In this document: in pieces, positions 23,844 through 35,763 of the stretch | How the letters are laid out: each line of letters opens with the position of its first letter | Position numbering within the stretch: position 1 is the first letter of the stretch | Origin: Lama glama | Taxonomy: Eukaryota | Reading direction: 5' to 3' | Assembly: GCA_028534125.1 (NCBI GenBank) | Contig: CM052818.1 | Span: 19,966,001-20,030,000, forward strand | DNA: 64,000 nucleotides | Made by a program: the position numbers and the translations under genes | The notes under the pieces: model-generated | What the model saw: the letters and a program-made list of their open reading frames with translations, nothing else | The model's database searches: none | Told to the model about the DNA's origin: nothing

Positions 23844-24194
23844 CAGGCGGGGTGCCCCCTGCTGCTGCAGCTGCTCCATCACCTCCTCGTGCTGCCGCTG
23901 GCGCTCGTTCTCCTCGTGCACGTACTTGAGCCGCGTGAGCTCGAACTCCATGCGCATCTTCTCCAGCTCCATTTCAGCGTTGCTCTCGGGCCCTGGGGTC
24001 CCTGGAGCCGCCGCCGAGCCTTGGGCCGGGAGCAGCTCCGCGAGTTCAGGTCCATCGCCCGCCTGTCCCTTGGTGGTGGCGGGGCCAGCCTTGGAGGACA
24101 GTGACTTAGGCGGCCCTGGGCAGCCTCCGTCCTCACAAGTTTCTAGCTCCTCCAGGTAGTCGTAGGAGGAGTCGGGCTTCGGGGACTCTGCCTC
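23844..24194 (-). CDS. TMEM247: TMEM247 coding exon 2 (EAESPKPDSSYDYLEE...EMELEKMRMEFELTRLKYVHEENERQRQHEEVMEQLQQQGAPRL, 117 aa, coiled-coil region)
   Basis: Acceptor ccctcag|GAG and donor CTG|GTAGGT. 351 nt, phase 0/0, CpG-rich coding-like composition. Matches the recalled TMEM247 sequence. Confidence 0.95.
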
Positions 24195-24899
24195 CTGAGG
24201 GAAAGGGGTGGGAGGATGGGGGAAGTCAGCCAGGGGCTGCCGGTACCCCACCGCACCGCGCTGTGGTGGCTCCAGACACCACACATTGGGGTACTTGAAA
24301 GAGTGTTGTGAATTGTGAGCATCAGGACTTGAGTTCTTGTTAGAAATGCACTTATGTGGAGTGATCAGGACCTGAGAATTAAGAAAGAGAGGGCAAAGGA
24401 CACAGAGGAATGGTGCCCTAAAGATGCAGGGGGAGGTGTTGGGGAGTTGAGTAGAAGTCGTCTTCCTGGTGATTTTCAAATCATCACTGGAGGTAACTTC
24501 CTACCCCCAATTCTACTTTGAGACCAGAGACACCCAGTCCTCTGGGGCATACAGAGGGAGGGTGAAACCCAGGGTCTGCACTGAGAGGCTTAAATACCTG
24601 GGGACCAACATTAGGGCCATGGGGGGGCCCAGGCCCATCTGCAGGGGGAGGAAAGGGCCCCACATGGAGAGGTAGATGGGCGAGACCAAAGCCACCTTTA
24701 AGTGCCTTTACAATCTTACAGAGGGCTACCTGGTCACTGGTTATAGCTGGGTGCCAGTGGGGGTGGGGTGCATGTCACCTGCTCTTCTTAGCAGCTCTCT
24801 GGAATCTCAGAGCACTCAGCTCCTATCCTGTGTCCCCAGAGTCCTCTTCCTCCCCCTGCTGGGACAGGCTGGGGCAGTGAGATGAGGCATCCTCCTTAC

Positions 24900-25016
24900 C
24901 AAAGAGACCCTTGCCTTCCCTTCCGACATGGGGTCATCAGGCACCATCTTGGGGAAGTTTGGGCAGCTTTCTCCTGCCCCCCGACCTTCCATCATCTCCC
25001 TGTCCTCTGACGCCAT
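24900..25016 (-). CDS. TMEM247: TMEM247 coding exon 1 (MASEDREMMEGRGAGESCPNFPKMVPDDPMSEGKARVSL, 39 aa)
   Basis: ATG at 25016-25014. Translation closely matches the recalled human TMEM247 N-terminus (MAAEDREMMEARGAGESCPTFPKMVP...). Ends at a phase-0 donor TTG|GTAAGG. Confidence 0.93.
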
Positions 25017-25348
25017 CCAGAAAACCACAGTGCTGCCAGTTGGGGCCAAAGGACATCTTCTGAGGCAGTAACATTTGGCCTCATCAGATTCCACAGCCCA
25101 GCCACCATCACAATCCCCTGTCCTCATAATAACCCACATTCTACCAGTTGCTAGGGCCCCTCTGGCAGAGGGTGTGACACCTCTGAGGTGCCATTATTCA
25201 GAACTACAGGATGGGCCTTTGCACCCACCCCCTCCCCACCAGGGACTGCTTTGAAAACTAGAATTCCACCACTTGAAATCTACTCTCTTGGATTCCTCTT
25301 TTAAATGCAGCCTGGCTTGAGATGAGTCATAATTAGCTCCAAAAACCC

Positions 25349-25565
25349 TGTTATGGGCTGAATTATGTGCCCCCCAAATTTATATCTTAGAATGTGACTT
25401 TTATTTAGAGATGGGTTCTTACAGAGATGACATAAGATAGCATAAGATGGTCCCATGGCCAAACTCAAAGCCAAAGTATGGGGAAATGTACTCCATCCCT
25501 TTAGTGGGAAGAATTGCAAAGACACAGGGTAAAAAGTGTGGATATGGGGCAATATAAATAGGGCC
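25349..25565. mobile_element. MLT1 LTR fragments about 330 bp upstream of the TMEM247 ATG
   Basis: tgttatgggctgaattatgtgcccccaaatttatat is the MLT1 5' end; the following part resembles an older MLT1. Confidence 0.6.
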
Positions 25566-27016
25566 CATAAAGCAAATCATTGTCAAGAGTGTTGGTGTTG
25601 CTGTGGTCGGAGCCACTGGGGAAGGTTCTGTGGAAGAGGTAACATGAAGGGTGGCTGGGATTTGGGCAAGAGGGAAGGATCAGCATAAGCACAGTCTCGA
25701 CTAAAAATTATTGTCCATTTGTCTCTCCATTTGTGCTCTCTGTCCTTCTCCACCCCTGCCCTTTCCCTAGGAGCTGACCACCACAAAGCTGCATTATTTC
25801 ATCAAGCAAAGCAATATATTCCAAAGCAAAATATAGTCTAGGACTCTCATTTCCCCTGTCCCAAGGGAAGATCCTCACGCACCTGTCCTGCCTCTGCAGG
25901 AGGCTGGGGAGATAGCTCTCATGAGCCTGGGGTTGGTTTGGCACTCCTGGCAACACAAAGAGTCACTCCCTCCACTGAGCCCAGGAAAAGGAGGTTACAG
26001 TAAGGCCATCTGAGGGAGCGAGGGAGACAGGATCACATGGGAGCCCAATAGGGATTTGGGTGACTGGGCCCCGTGGGGACTGTGCTGCGTTCAGACCTGG
26101 TGTACCTTCACACGCTTTGCCATTCTTGTAACTTGGCTGGTTCTGGGGTTTCTGCTGCTCTGTGTCCTCTCACTTTTAGCCAACATGCTTTCTCACCTCG
26201 TGATTTTCCCTATCTCGTAGCTGTAGCCTGTGCAACGTTTCTGCTTCCTCCCAGTTTCAGCTTATTCATGTCTTGAGCTTCTAACAGCCCTTCACAGCCC
26301 TGACTGCACTGCCTGTCTGTGTGCATTCAGTCTGTGTTCGTCCTGTCTTAGTCACTCGTGATGTCCTAGTTGACTTTTCCAAGGATGGGAATCAGAATGA
26401 CCTACTTTGTCTCTATTTGGGCAGAGCTTTTCATTCTAGCCACTGGGCAGCCCATGGACTGGGAAGGTGCCCAGCCCAGCTCAGTCGACAGTGGAGAAAT
26501 GGAAGGATGGGGAGGTAGGGACATACAGGACAGTGGACAGCAGCCTTGGGCTGTTCCTAGGCAGGAGCTGTGGTTGGGGGGGGCTGTGGGGGTGGTCAGT
26601 CCCCTTTAGAAGGGGCATTGAGCACAAAGGGCACCGTATATTCATAGAGCAACATGTCAAGCATCAGTTTGGCAAATAACTGGAGAGACTTGCGTATTAG
26701 TACAGCACTCACAGACTTTCATTTACATGATCTCATTTGATTCTCAGAATACCCTATGAGGCAATTTAAAGCAGGTATAATTGTTGCTTCCTGACAAGCA
26801 GGGACCTGAGTCATACAGAGAGATGAAGTGGTTGGTATCTGAGGGCAAAAGACATTAGTGGTTGAGCTAGGACTCCCATCCCATCCTTGAGATTTCCCAC
26901 CTCCTTCTCTGACATTTCTACATTAGACCATCAGGATGGTCTTTGGGGCTCCAAATCTCAGATGCAAGATGATTTTTTTTAGCTATCTTGTTAGCATTTT
27001 CTTAGCTTTTTAAACA

Positions 27017-27020
27017 ATTT

Positions 27021-27054
<34 letters not shown>

Positions 27055-27135
27055 TTGGAGTATAGTCGGTTTACAATGCTGCATCAATTTCTGCTGTACA
27101 GCATACTGTTTCGGTCATATATATATATATATATA
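27017..27135 (-). mobile_element. Short young L1 3' end with (TTTA)n tail and (TA)n
   Basis: tttattggagtatagtcggtttacaatgctgcatcaatttctgctgtacagc, same family as the 37.4 kb element. Confidence 0.75.
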
Positions 27136-27174
27136 CGACATAAAATGATTTTTCCACCTCAAAAAAAAAGAAAG

Positions 27175-27625
27175 AAGTAAGTATGTACTTAGATGTTTAT
27201 TACAACATTGTTTATAATAGCAAAAGACTGGGAAAAAGTTAAATTTCCACCAGAAGGGAGCTGGATAGTGCCATATTTATGTCAAGAATACTATGCAAAT
27301 TTTTGAAAGAATAAGAGTAAAGGAAAACCAAGTAAGGTAGATGTATCAGCACAAGTATGGAATGCCTTCCAAGATATATTCAGTGGGAAAGCAAAAGCAG
27401 TGCTCTCATCTGTATTAAAATATGAAAGTATCTTTATTATCCTGGTGTATGCCTTGAGTTTGCCTGGAAGGACACATAAGAAACTGGTTTGTGCTGGTTG
27501 CCTTTGAATTGGGAGAGTGAGGGGATTGGGGATTTGGAGGTAGGAGGGAGACATTCTTAACTGTATTGCATTTTGTACACTTCAACTTTTCAAAAAACAA
27601 TGTGCATATATTACATTTTCAGTTA
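27175..27625 (+). mobile_element. Ancient L1ME/MD 3' fragment
   Basis: gatgtttattacaacattgtttataatagcaaaagactggga...catattacattttc. Confidence 0.65.
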
Positions 27626-28344
27626 AATTTTTGGAAGAGAGGGTTTGCGCTGCATAGCTGAAGGAAGTTTAGGCTGTGTGACTTGTTCTGGTTGAGGACA
27701 GGCAGGCATCTTTAAGGCACTGGGTCATACCCAACCTCCACATCGTCCCCCACCTCTGTGACCCCTCTCTAGTCTGCGATTGTCTTTACGTCAACTAGGG
27801 ACGGATATCTTACTGCTGAAATGCCCTCCTACCTTTCTGGCTGCCTCAGTGACAGACTGTTGTGACTCTGAGACACTTCAGCCTAGGTGTGCTGGAGCAG
27901 TTAGAGGATTATAATGGTAACAACAATGATAGCTTACAATTATTGGGCGCTAACCATGTACCGGTTATTAGGAATTTTTCAAGCATGATTTTATGTAATT
28001 TTTGAGAGCAATCATATGAGTTATTAGTATCTTTGTCTTCATAGAAGTGGTAACTGAGTTTTCAAAAGGCTGTCACCTGTCCATAGTGACAAAGTTAGGA
28101 TCAAGTGAAGCCAGGACTTAAGCACCAAAGCCCCTGTATTAAATCACTTCCTGCTGGGAATATTAAGAGCAGTTTCTGTTTTCCTGACGGAACTCTGGTG
28201 GAGACAGGGTATTCAAGAGAAAGAGGTGACACAAATGCTCAGAGGATTTTCCGGACAAATCTGACTGAGGAGGGAGCAAGGGGCCACTTGAAGGCAGCCC
28301 CTCCAGGTCGTACGCAGGTCCGTTAAGGCATGTAAATGAGCCTC

Positions 28345-29155
28345 GTATCAGTCAGGGCCTAATCAGGAGACAGAAACCACACAGAGATTCCAACAGGGAA
28401 GATAGACTATAAAGAATTACTAACTAGTGACAGGGGATTGGCTACTTAGGGATAAAGAGAACTATAAATAATACAGGAATGCATTGGTTTTCTATATATA
28501 GCATCTTGTCATCTGCATCACAGTTTTACCTCTTCCCTTCCAATTTGTGTCCCTTTTATTTCTTTTCCTTGTCTCATTGCTGTGGCTAGGACTTCCAATA
28601 CTATGTTGAAGAGAAGTGGTGAGAATAGGCATCATTGTTCCTAATTTTAGCGGCAAGTACAGGAATGCATTTGAGAGAGGAGCCCCTTAGAGGCTGAGAT
28701 TCATATTCCATTGGAGGGGTTGTGGCTGGAGCCACTGAACCATGTAAAAGTTCACTGAAGTCAAGGTCAAGCAGGTCAAGGCTGGCAAGCAGGAAACTGT
28801 CTCCTTGAGTGCCAAAAAAACCCACTGGGAAGCTGCCTAGAAGTTGATGTTGAACTTGTCAGGAAGTCACTAGAGAAAACCTCAGCTGGAAAATGCGTTG
28901 GGACAAGCTGTGCCCCAAGGTGCCCCTGAAACCCTCTGGAGGTGAGGACCACTACATGTGCCAGCCTAGCATTGTGGGTGGAAGGAAAAAGGAAAGTGCA
29001 CCAGAATCAGGAAGAAAACCCCCTTCTTCCCCTGATGTCTCTCCATCATGAGCTGAGCAGAGAAATGCTTACAGGGCTTTGCTTCAGCATCAGGAGCCAG
29101 GCAGCTAAGGGTGGATTTGCAGCTAAGAGGCAATATACATTGATAACAATACAGA
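28345..29155 (-). mobile_element. ERVL-type LTR (LTR41-like) interrupted by an L1 fragment
   Basis: tatcagtcagggcctaatcaggagacagaaaccacacag...aacagggaag...tataaagaattactaac; subfamily provisional. Confidence 0.5.
28486..28657 (-). mobile_element. Internal L1 ORF2 RT fragment without 3'UTR or poly(A), flanked by a perfect 14-bp direct repeat
   Basis: Translates ..[44 protein letters not shown]. tacaggaatgcatt occurs at 28472-28485 and 28658-28671. Confidence 0.85.
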
Positions 29156-30682
29156 ACATTCGTTCGTACTAGGAATTCAGTTCCCTTTCAACACACCTGC
29201 CTCAGTGCCCTGGAGGTAGGTCCTGCCTTTTGAGGACTTCACCCAAAACAACATTTCACAAGCCCCTTCCAGGTTCATGACCGTGTGCTGGGTGCTGAGG
29301 GGAATACCAGGGATCATCGTGCAGGTCTCACCTCCACAGAGTATATCGTCGAGCTGGAGAGAGGATGCTTCTTGATGTTCCCTCGGTACATCCGAGCTCT
29401 CCTGCCTTCCTGACTTTTTGCTGATAGTTTTCTCAGCCTACAAAACCCTCTCTCCTTTATCTCCACCCCGAAAGTCCCTCCAGCCTTCAGGGCCCATCCC
29501 AGCTACTACAATCTGTGAAACTGTGTGCTTTGTGCCTCTCTGGCTGCTTTGTGTTAAATGATCTGGTGCTTGTACTTGGATCAGCAGCTGCACGAGGGCG
29601 GGGCACACGGCCTTGCTCACAGCGGGCGCCAGTGAAGGTCAGGTTAGCCAATGGCTCTGGTCAGACTGTGGCTCCCTTCTGGCTAGTGAGTGTGACATAG
29701 GCAGGCAGACCAGAGGGTCAAGGAGCTACACCTTCTCCTTTTTGTCCTGACCCCCTCCAAGCAGAAGCAGAGGCCTTACTTCCTGACCACTTTCCTGTTG
29801 GATCCTCTACTTTGGTGTGGGTGAATTAGCAGCAAATGAACTCTCGTAGAGTTGGGTGTAAATCAAAGTCTTGTAAGTTTAAATCTATTTTAAATGGTTG
29901 GGAAGTCGGGTGATGGATATGGGAATATTCCTTGCTATTGAAAGGAATTTTGTGCATAATTTCATAAAGCTGCTTTCTCCCAATCTGTAAATCCAATGGC
30001 CGTTCATACACTGGGCTTGTTAAAGCAAAGCCTGCCTGGGATGAAGCCTGAATACCCGTGCTGGTACACCCTAGCCGGTCGGAGCTCCTGATGGGAGGAA
30101 TACTCCAATGAAGAGCTGGCTAAAGGATGAAATTCTGGACTGTCATCAGTTAGAGCTGGAAGGGGGCGTGGAGATCCTCCCGCCTGGGCTTCAGGGGCTC
30201 TCAGTAACAACTTCTGATTAACTCCTTTTGGGTCACCCAGCAGAGTGCAGTGGAAAATGTTCTGCACCAAGTATAGGGGTCCTGGGGTCCTGGCCCAAGC
30301 TTTGCCATTAGCTAAGCCAAGACCTTGGCAAGTCATTGGAACCCTTTAGGGGTGCAGCCTCTGCATGTAAAAACGGAGGGGGGCAGTGAAGCCCTGCTTC
30401 ATACAGGCCTGTTGCCTTTGCTCCCACCTTACAGCAGGTGGGTGTGGAGCCAGGTGGTGCACCTGCTATTAGAGCTGCCTCCAGCTGGCCTTCTAGAATA
30501 TTCTAAATGAAGTAATGGGACAGTGCTGAAATCGCCCTCAAAAAAGCCTCCTTGAACGTCTCATCTGACGCTTTTTTCATTTCATGTAAGTTAACATAAA
30601 AGAAACTTACTCCCATAAAGAACTTTACTCTCCATCGTCCCCTCCACAGATATAAAGGGGAGGGTGAAGCAGTTTTGGTGGA

Positions 30683-30699
30683 CACTGCCCCCTTGTGGT
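30683..30699 (-). promoter_or_regulatory. CTCF motif, reverse orientation (ACCACAAGGGGGCAGTG)
   Basis: Close match to the CCACNAGGGGGCRS core. Confidence 0.55.
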
Positions 30700-32567
30700 C
30701 CAGCTTGTCCTCACCAGGAGGCTGTCGGCCTAGGGATTTTTCCTGAGGTTCCTGCCCCTCCCTGATCACTGGCAAAATAATCAAGTCACCCCGGAAAAGC
30801 TAAATCCATAAGACCCCTGGGAAGAGTTCCAGCTCCAGAGCATGCCTAGTGGCATCCCAAACCTGCAGAGCTGGCTTTGTGGAGTCGTGTGTGCCAGCAA
30901 GAGGTTAAGGTGGGGAGGAATGTCATAAACAGAAATACCCAGCAGCTGAGCCCAGACAGACCCACAGGAATGAGACCAACAGTGGAAGGAGCGATAAGGG
31001 CCCTAGCCTTCGGGACCTCCGGTGGGAAGCCATCCATCGGCAGCCGACCCAGCAGGCAGAGGGAGGGGGGCCCCTGGAGGTCCCTCTGGCAGGAGGCGTA
31101 GGAGAACTGTGACAGCAAGCATCTGGCTTTGTCCTGGGCCCTGGGATACAGCGTCCAGTCCTTGAAGGGGTGAGGGCTACAGGGCTGCGGGCTCCGAAGT
31201 GGAATGACAGAATTCTAAGTCGGTAGGAAGGGCATATCCGGCAGGGAATTAACTTCGGGCTTAGAGATTCAGGTGATGGGGAAGGGCTAAGCACTCCGGT
31301 CTTGGAACTGGCTCAGTTTCCAGAACAGGGGGCTGGGTTAGAGCAGGCCTGGGCCTGAGCCTGACCTGTGCCTGCAAATGCTACGTAATCCCACAGTGAC
31401 TAGAGGCTGCCAGGTAGATGGAAGTCTCTGGAGGGAGACGAAACAATGGGAAAGGATGAAGGGCTTCTAGCTCTCGTGAGGAGCTGTTGCTTCAGGCCAA
31501 TGTTTAGATTTTCACAAGATTCCAGGAAAGACCTGGGCTTGGCAGATTCTGAGTGAGCTGACCTGGTATTTCTTCTCTGTTGGTCCCAACAGGGCCCCTG
31601 CCTTCCACGTCAGCTCATGCACCTGCTCCAAGCCTCAGAGTAACTTCCCAGCCAAGAAAATGAAGGTGCTACCAGAACTGCCACCTGAGAGGGGTCCCAT
31701 CTACTGACCCCCACAATGTGGTGGTGGCTGATGGAGGATCCAGGAACCACTCTTACCAGGCAGATTTGCATCTGAACTAGTATCTGGGCCTCCACATCCC
31801 AATGATGGAATTTTAGGTGCAGAAGCAGAGTAAAAGGAGATATGGCTGGGAGTTTGGGGATGGCTTCTCAGGACCTGTCATCCTCTACCAGGCACCCCAT
31901 CAGCTTAAAATCCAAGCACTTAAAGTGGGACCCTCCCTAAAAACCCACACGTGGGCCATGGCTGTGCTGTCCTTGCATTAAGGGGCCGTTTACATTGCTG
32001 GCAGGATCTAAAATGGTTCGCTCTGACAGGGACTGTGTTAGCACCTGTGACTGGCCTGCAAGTTATGGGTTTTTGATGTAATTTTGCTTTCAGCTGTACC
32101 TTAGTGCAGCATTTTCTAGAAGGCCAGGTCTAAGGGATGCACGTGAAGCGTGAATTTCCATAACCAGATACATTTGGGAAGCACTGTTCACCTTAGTCCT
32201 GCCCCCACCCCCAGAAACCCCCAGTCACATCAGCATAATAAAGGTTTAGCAGTGAAGGAGCCTGTTAAATGCAATTGTCCAAATTTATTGAATCCAGACC
32301 CATTTTCCTCTGGGTGCTCTGTTTCCTGCCCTTAGAACTAATGTCCTACAGAACTCACAGGGAACCTGCTTTAGGGATGCTGGGCTCATTATTAGAAGGT
32401 GGATTGAAATCATTTTTGACTTGCAGAAGCAGCTTGAAAGACCCTGACTTTGTTGCTAGAATTCCTGGTAGCTTCAAGGGGCTTCCATAGCAGCGTCAAA
32501 CTACTTCCATCATCTCCCTTGGCTACCTTGAGTCACCCCCCTGCCCCACAACATGGGATTGGAAGTA

Positions 32568-32662
32568 GAGTTGCCAGATTTTGCAGCTAAATATACAGGA
32601 GGACCAGCTAAATATGTGTTCAGATAAACAATAAATCACGTTTTAGTATCAGTATGTCTCAT
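32568..32662 (+). mobile_element. MER53-like hAT MITE half
   Basis: gagttgccagattttgcagctaaatatacaggaggaccagctaaat...cagataaacaat...tagtatcagtatgtctcatg. Confidence 0.6.
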
Positions 32663-32814
32663 GAGGTATGCCAGCCCTCTTGGGAAGATGCCTGAGAGGT
32701 GTGGGGTGCCTCTAGGAACAGGTGAACACAGAACTCTACAGAAGAACTACCCTAGGGCTTCAGCATCATGCCCCGAGGCCAACACAGCCAGTTACCTGGG
32801 CCAGGGCTCCACTG

Positions 32815-32975
32815 GCACTGCCTCATTTAACTCCCCTCAGCAGGGATTGTTATTATCATCCCTGTTTATGTGTGAAGAAACTGTGGCTCAGAGAAGTTAA
32901 GCCACTTGCCCATGTCACACAGCAGTTAAGTAGCAAAGTTGAGATTCAAACCCAGGTTTACTTTATTCTGAAATC
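32815..32975 (-). mobile_element. MIR SINE
   Basis: attatcatccctgtttatgtgtgaagaaactgtggctcagagaagttaagccacttgcccatgtcacacagc. Confidence 0.75.
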
Positions 32976-33694
32976 TGGTGTTTTCCTTCCTTTTGGCCAT
33001 TCTTACTGTCAGTCCCACACCTGTGGGCTGAACCAATGGCCCTGCAGCAGCCTATAAGTCGTCTTCAAAAAGAACCAATAACCCTTCACCTCTCCCCCTT
33101 CTCTAGACTCTCCAAGGTTCCCACCAGGTTCAACACCCTCCAAGGTTCCCAGTGACCTGTGTTCTGCTAACAATGTTGCTGGCCACTATGGAGAGGGAAG
33201 GAAATGGTGGGAGTTTTTGATTGGACAAGATTTATCTGACCCTTCCCTGCCTCCCTTTTTGCTGCTCACCAGCAGTCAAATGTCACCTTCTCTGTTCCCC
33301 TTGGACCATTTCCCCTTTTTGCCCCAAGCAGAATTCCTCTTTTGGGGCCTTATGACACATGGTATACCCTCTCATGGCACTGTGACATGGAAATGTTACC
33401 ACTGGCTCACATGTTTCGGGACATCTGGACTTACCAGACTTTTAATTTTTTTAGAGAAATTTTAGATTCATACAAAAAGGCTTTCTTTTAGATCAGGACT
33501 GTGTGATTCATCTGTCCCCCAATACCTAGCATGGCATCCAGTTCATATCTGGTGCCCAACTACATACTTGTGGAAGACACACTGGAAATGATTGAGAAAC
33601 AACAACTACAAAGAAATATATCATTAAATGCATCTTTGCTGTAGAAGATGAAACCGTTGACTGGTCTCTTGGCATTCAAGAGCAGTGTTTTTTA

Positions 33695-33793
33695 GAATAT
33701 GAAAATAAATATATGTATGTATATGCATGACTGGGACATTGTGCTGTACAGCAGAAATGGACACATTGTAACTGACTATACTTCAATAAAAAG
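33695..33793 (+). mobile_element. Short young L1 3' end
   Basis: gcatgactgggacattgtgctgtacagcagaaatggacacattgtaactgactatacttcaataaaa is the reverse complement of the tails of the 48.3 kb and 37.4 kb L1s. Confidence 0.8.
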
Positions 33794-33831
33794 AGTAGGG
33801 TTTTTTTATTGCTCTCCCCTTGTTGATTTTC

Positions 33832-34005
33832 TTTTTCTTTCTTTTTTAACCTTTTATTTTAAACTGAAGTTTAGTTGGTTTACAATATTGTATTAATTCC
33901 TTGTGTTAAAAAAACATAATGCCATTTTCAGCAACATGGATGGACCTGGAGATTGTCATACTAAGTGAAGTAAGCCAGAAAGAGGAAGAAAAATACCGTA
34001 TGATA
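33832..34005. mobile_element. Twin-primed (5'-inverted) short L1 insertion with 17-bp TSD
   Basis: Minus-strand L1 tail (33832 to about 33906) is fused to plus-strand ORF2 C-terminus MPFSATWMDLEIVILSEVSQ. TSD tccccttgttgattttc (33815-33831) and tcccctggtttattttc (34006-34022). Confidence 0.8.
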
Positions 34006-34058
34006 TCCCCTGGTTTATTTTCAGGTTTGCCCCAGAATCCTCTGCCCGAGGAGAATTC

Positions 34059-34205
34059 TGCAGTACCACCTCCGTCCAGAAGATGGCGGGCGAGGCCAGC
34101 AGGAGAGCGTCGCGCAGCCGGAGCCAGGCCTGCGCAGGTGACCCCTTGGTGCGAAAGATGAGGGCACCTGAAACCTATTTGCAGACCCTATAAATGCGCA
34201 TGGGC
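34059..34205 (+). promoter_or_regulatory. CpG-rich element: forward CTCF motif with upstream module, overlapping YY1 motif, TATAAA and NRF1-like TGCGCATG
   Basis: TGCAGTACC-acctc-cgt-CCAGAAGATGGCGG (34059-34089); AAGATGGCGG 34080-34089; TATAAA 34189-34194; TGCGCATG 34195-34202. Confidence 0.55.
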
Positions 34206-35709
34206 GATAAGAACTGGCTTTCCGGTAGGTTCTCAGGTTGATTCCTGGGAAAAGGAGCCTTTTAGAGAGAATGTTTTTGGGGGAGACGTGGCAGCAGGTG
34301 GTACAGGGGCTGCTCCTCAACTCCCCACCTCTTTGAATAGTAGTGACTAGAAAGCGCTGTGGAAAATGAACTTCATATAAAGCAGACACAGCCCTCAAAC
34401 TCTCCATGACTCGGGCCGGCATCCTTTTTGCCTCTTGAAACTCGTTTGCTTTGGAAATCGCCCCCAGCTCCATGGCCACCGCCCCAGCTGAGTGGAAGTG
34501 TCTCTGGGGTCACATCCCCCTTCTCACAGGTCTGCACACTCCGGACAGGTAAGGAAAGAGCTCCTGACTTGAGCTGACTGGAAAGTGGTGAGGGCTGAAC
34601 AAAACGGCCTGGGCAATTTCCAGCACGATGGGAACTTGCCAGATAGCTCTTTTGCAGGGGTAATGAGGCCTACCCACATTTTCTCCTCAGAGTCAGCCAT
34701 GATGGCTAAAGTGAGGCCAGCCACCCCTGGCCCTGGCCCTGCTCCAGGGGGCACAGGTGTGACTGTGGGAAGAAGGGAAACCTCTCCCTAATCGTGGGCT
34801 AGAACAGATTTTAAGGCTGCGGCCACCCCCGCCCCCATTTTCCTTCTGACCTAAATCTTCCCCGAAGCTGAGCCGGGCTGCGGGCCAGGGTGTCAGCTGT
34901 GGACAAAAGCGCCCTGTTCGAAAGGCCCGGCTACTGTGTTTTCCTCCACAGACCGACAAACCGTGTGTCGAACCCCCTCCAAGTCAATGTGATAACACAG
35001 AAATATGCAAAAGTGGCAGCTGCCTCAGGCCTGCCTCTCAGGAAACCAGAAACGCTGCCCTCTCGTGTTTTCACCCCAAGGCAGCAGGGTTGTTAATGTG
35101 ACGTGTCCGCACCTCTGAGCCCAGGCCTGGCCCATCACGTGTGCTGGAAGCTTCCCCAAGCCAAGCTTGCCCTATTTTTTTCTGGCTGACTGGGGGGCCG
35201 ACCATTAGTCCCTGCTTCTCCCCTAACCCCACCCCCTACAACCCTGGCTGTTTCTTCTCCCCTCCCCCACCCCGCCGCCTCCATCCAGCCCCCTGGCTCC
35301 TCTGCCTCTGGGGCTGCAGGGATCAAGGGAGAGGGCTGGGCTGGAGACCAAGGCGAGTTCTGCTGAAACTCCCCATTGCTGTGCAAGCTGGGGAAAATGG
35401 AGATCTGCTCCTGCAAAACAGGGGTAAGGCCGCTCGCCCTGTCTCCCTTGCCATGGGTCTGCGGGCTGTGTTCACGTAAATGGTGCAGATGACCAAGTGG
35501 ATGCTCCGTCAAGCTGGGCAGGGCTCTCAGGGGCCTTGGGAGGTGGAAGGAGGAGAGAGAGTTGAAAGGATGAGAGAGATTTAGACGTGTTCACATTATG
35601 GGGGAGGGAGTGCCAGGTTGGGGAAGTGCTGGGAACAATGGCACAATGACAGGAACCCATGGAACATTTCCTAGGAACAGGGGGGACGTCATTCTGGCTC
35701 AGTCAAAAG

Positions 35710-35711
<2 letters not shown>

Positions 35712-35761
<50 letters not shown>
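35712..35761. repeat. (GT)25 microsatellite
   Basis: Perfect dinucleotide run. Confidence 0.98.

Positions 35762-35763
<2 letters not shown>

Noticed and set aside
23799..24479. 226-aa single ORF as a complete gene
   Set aside because: Only 23844-24194 is exonic TMEM247; the flanks are intronic read-through.
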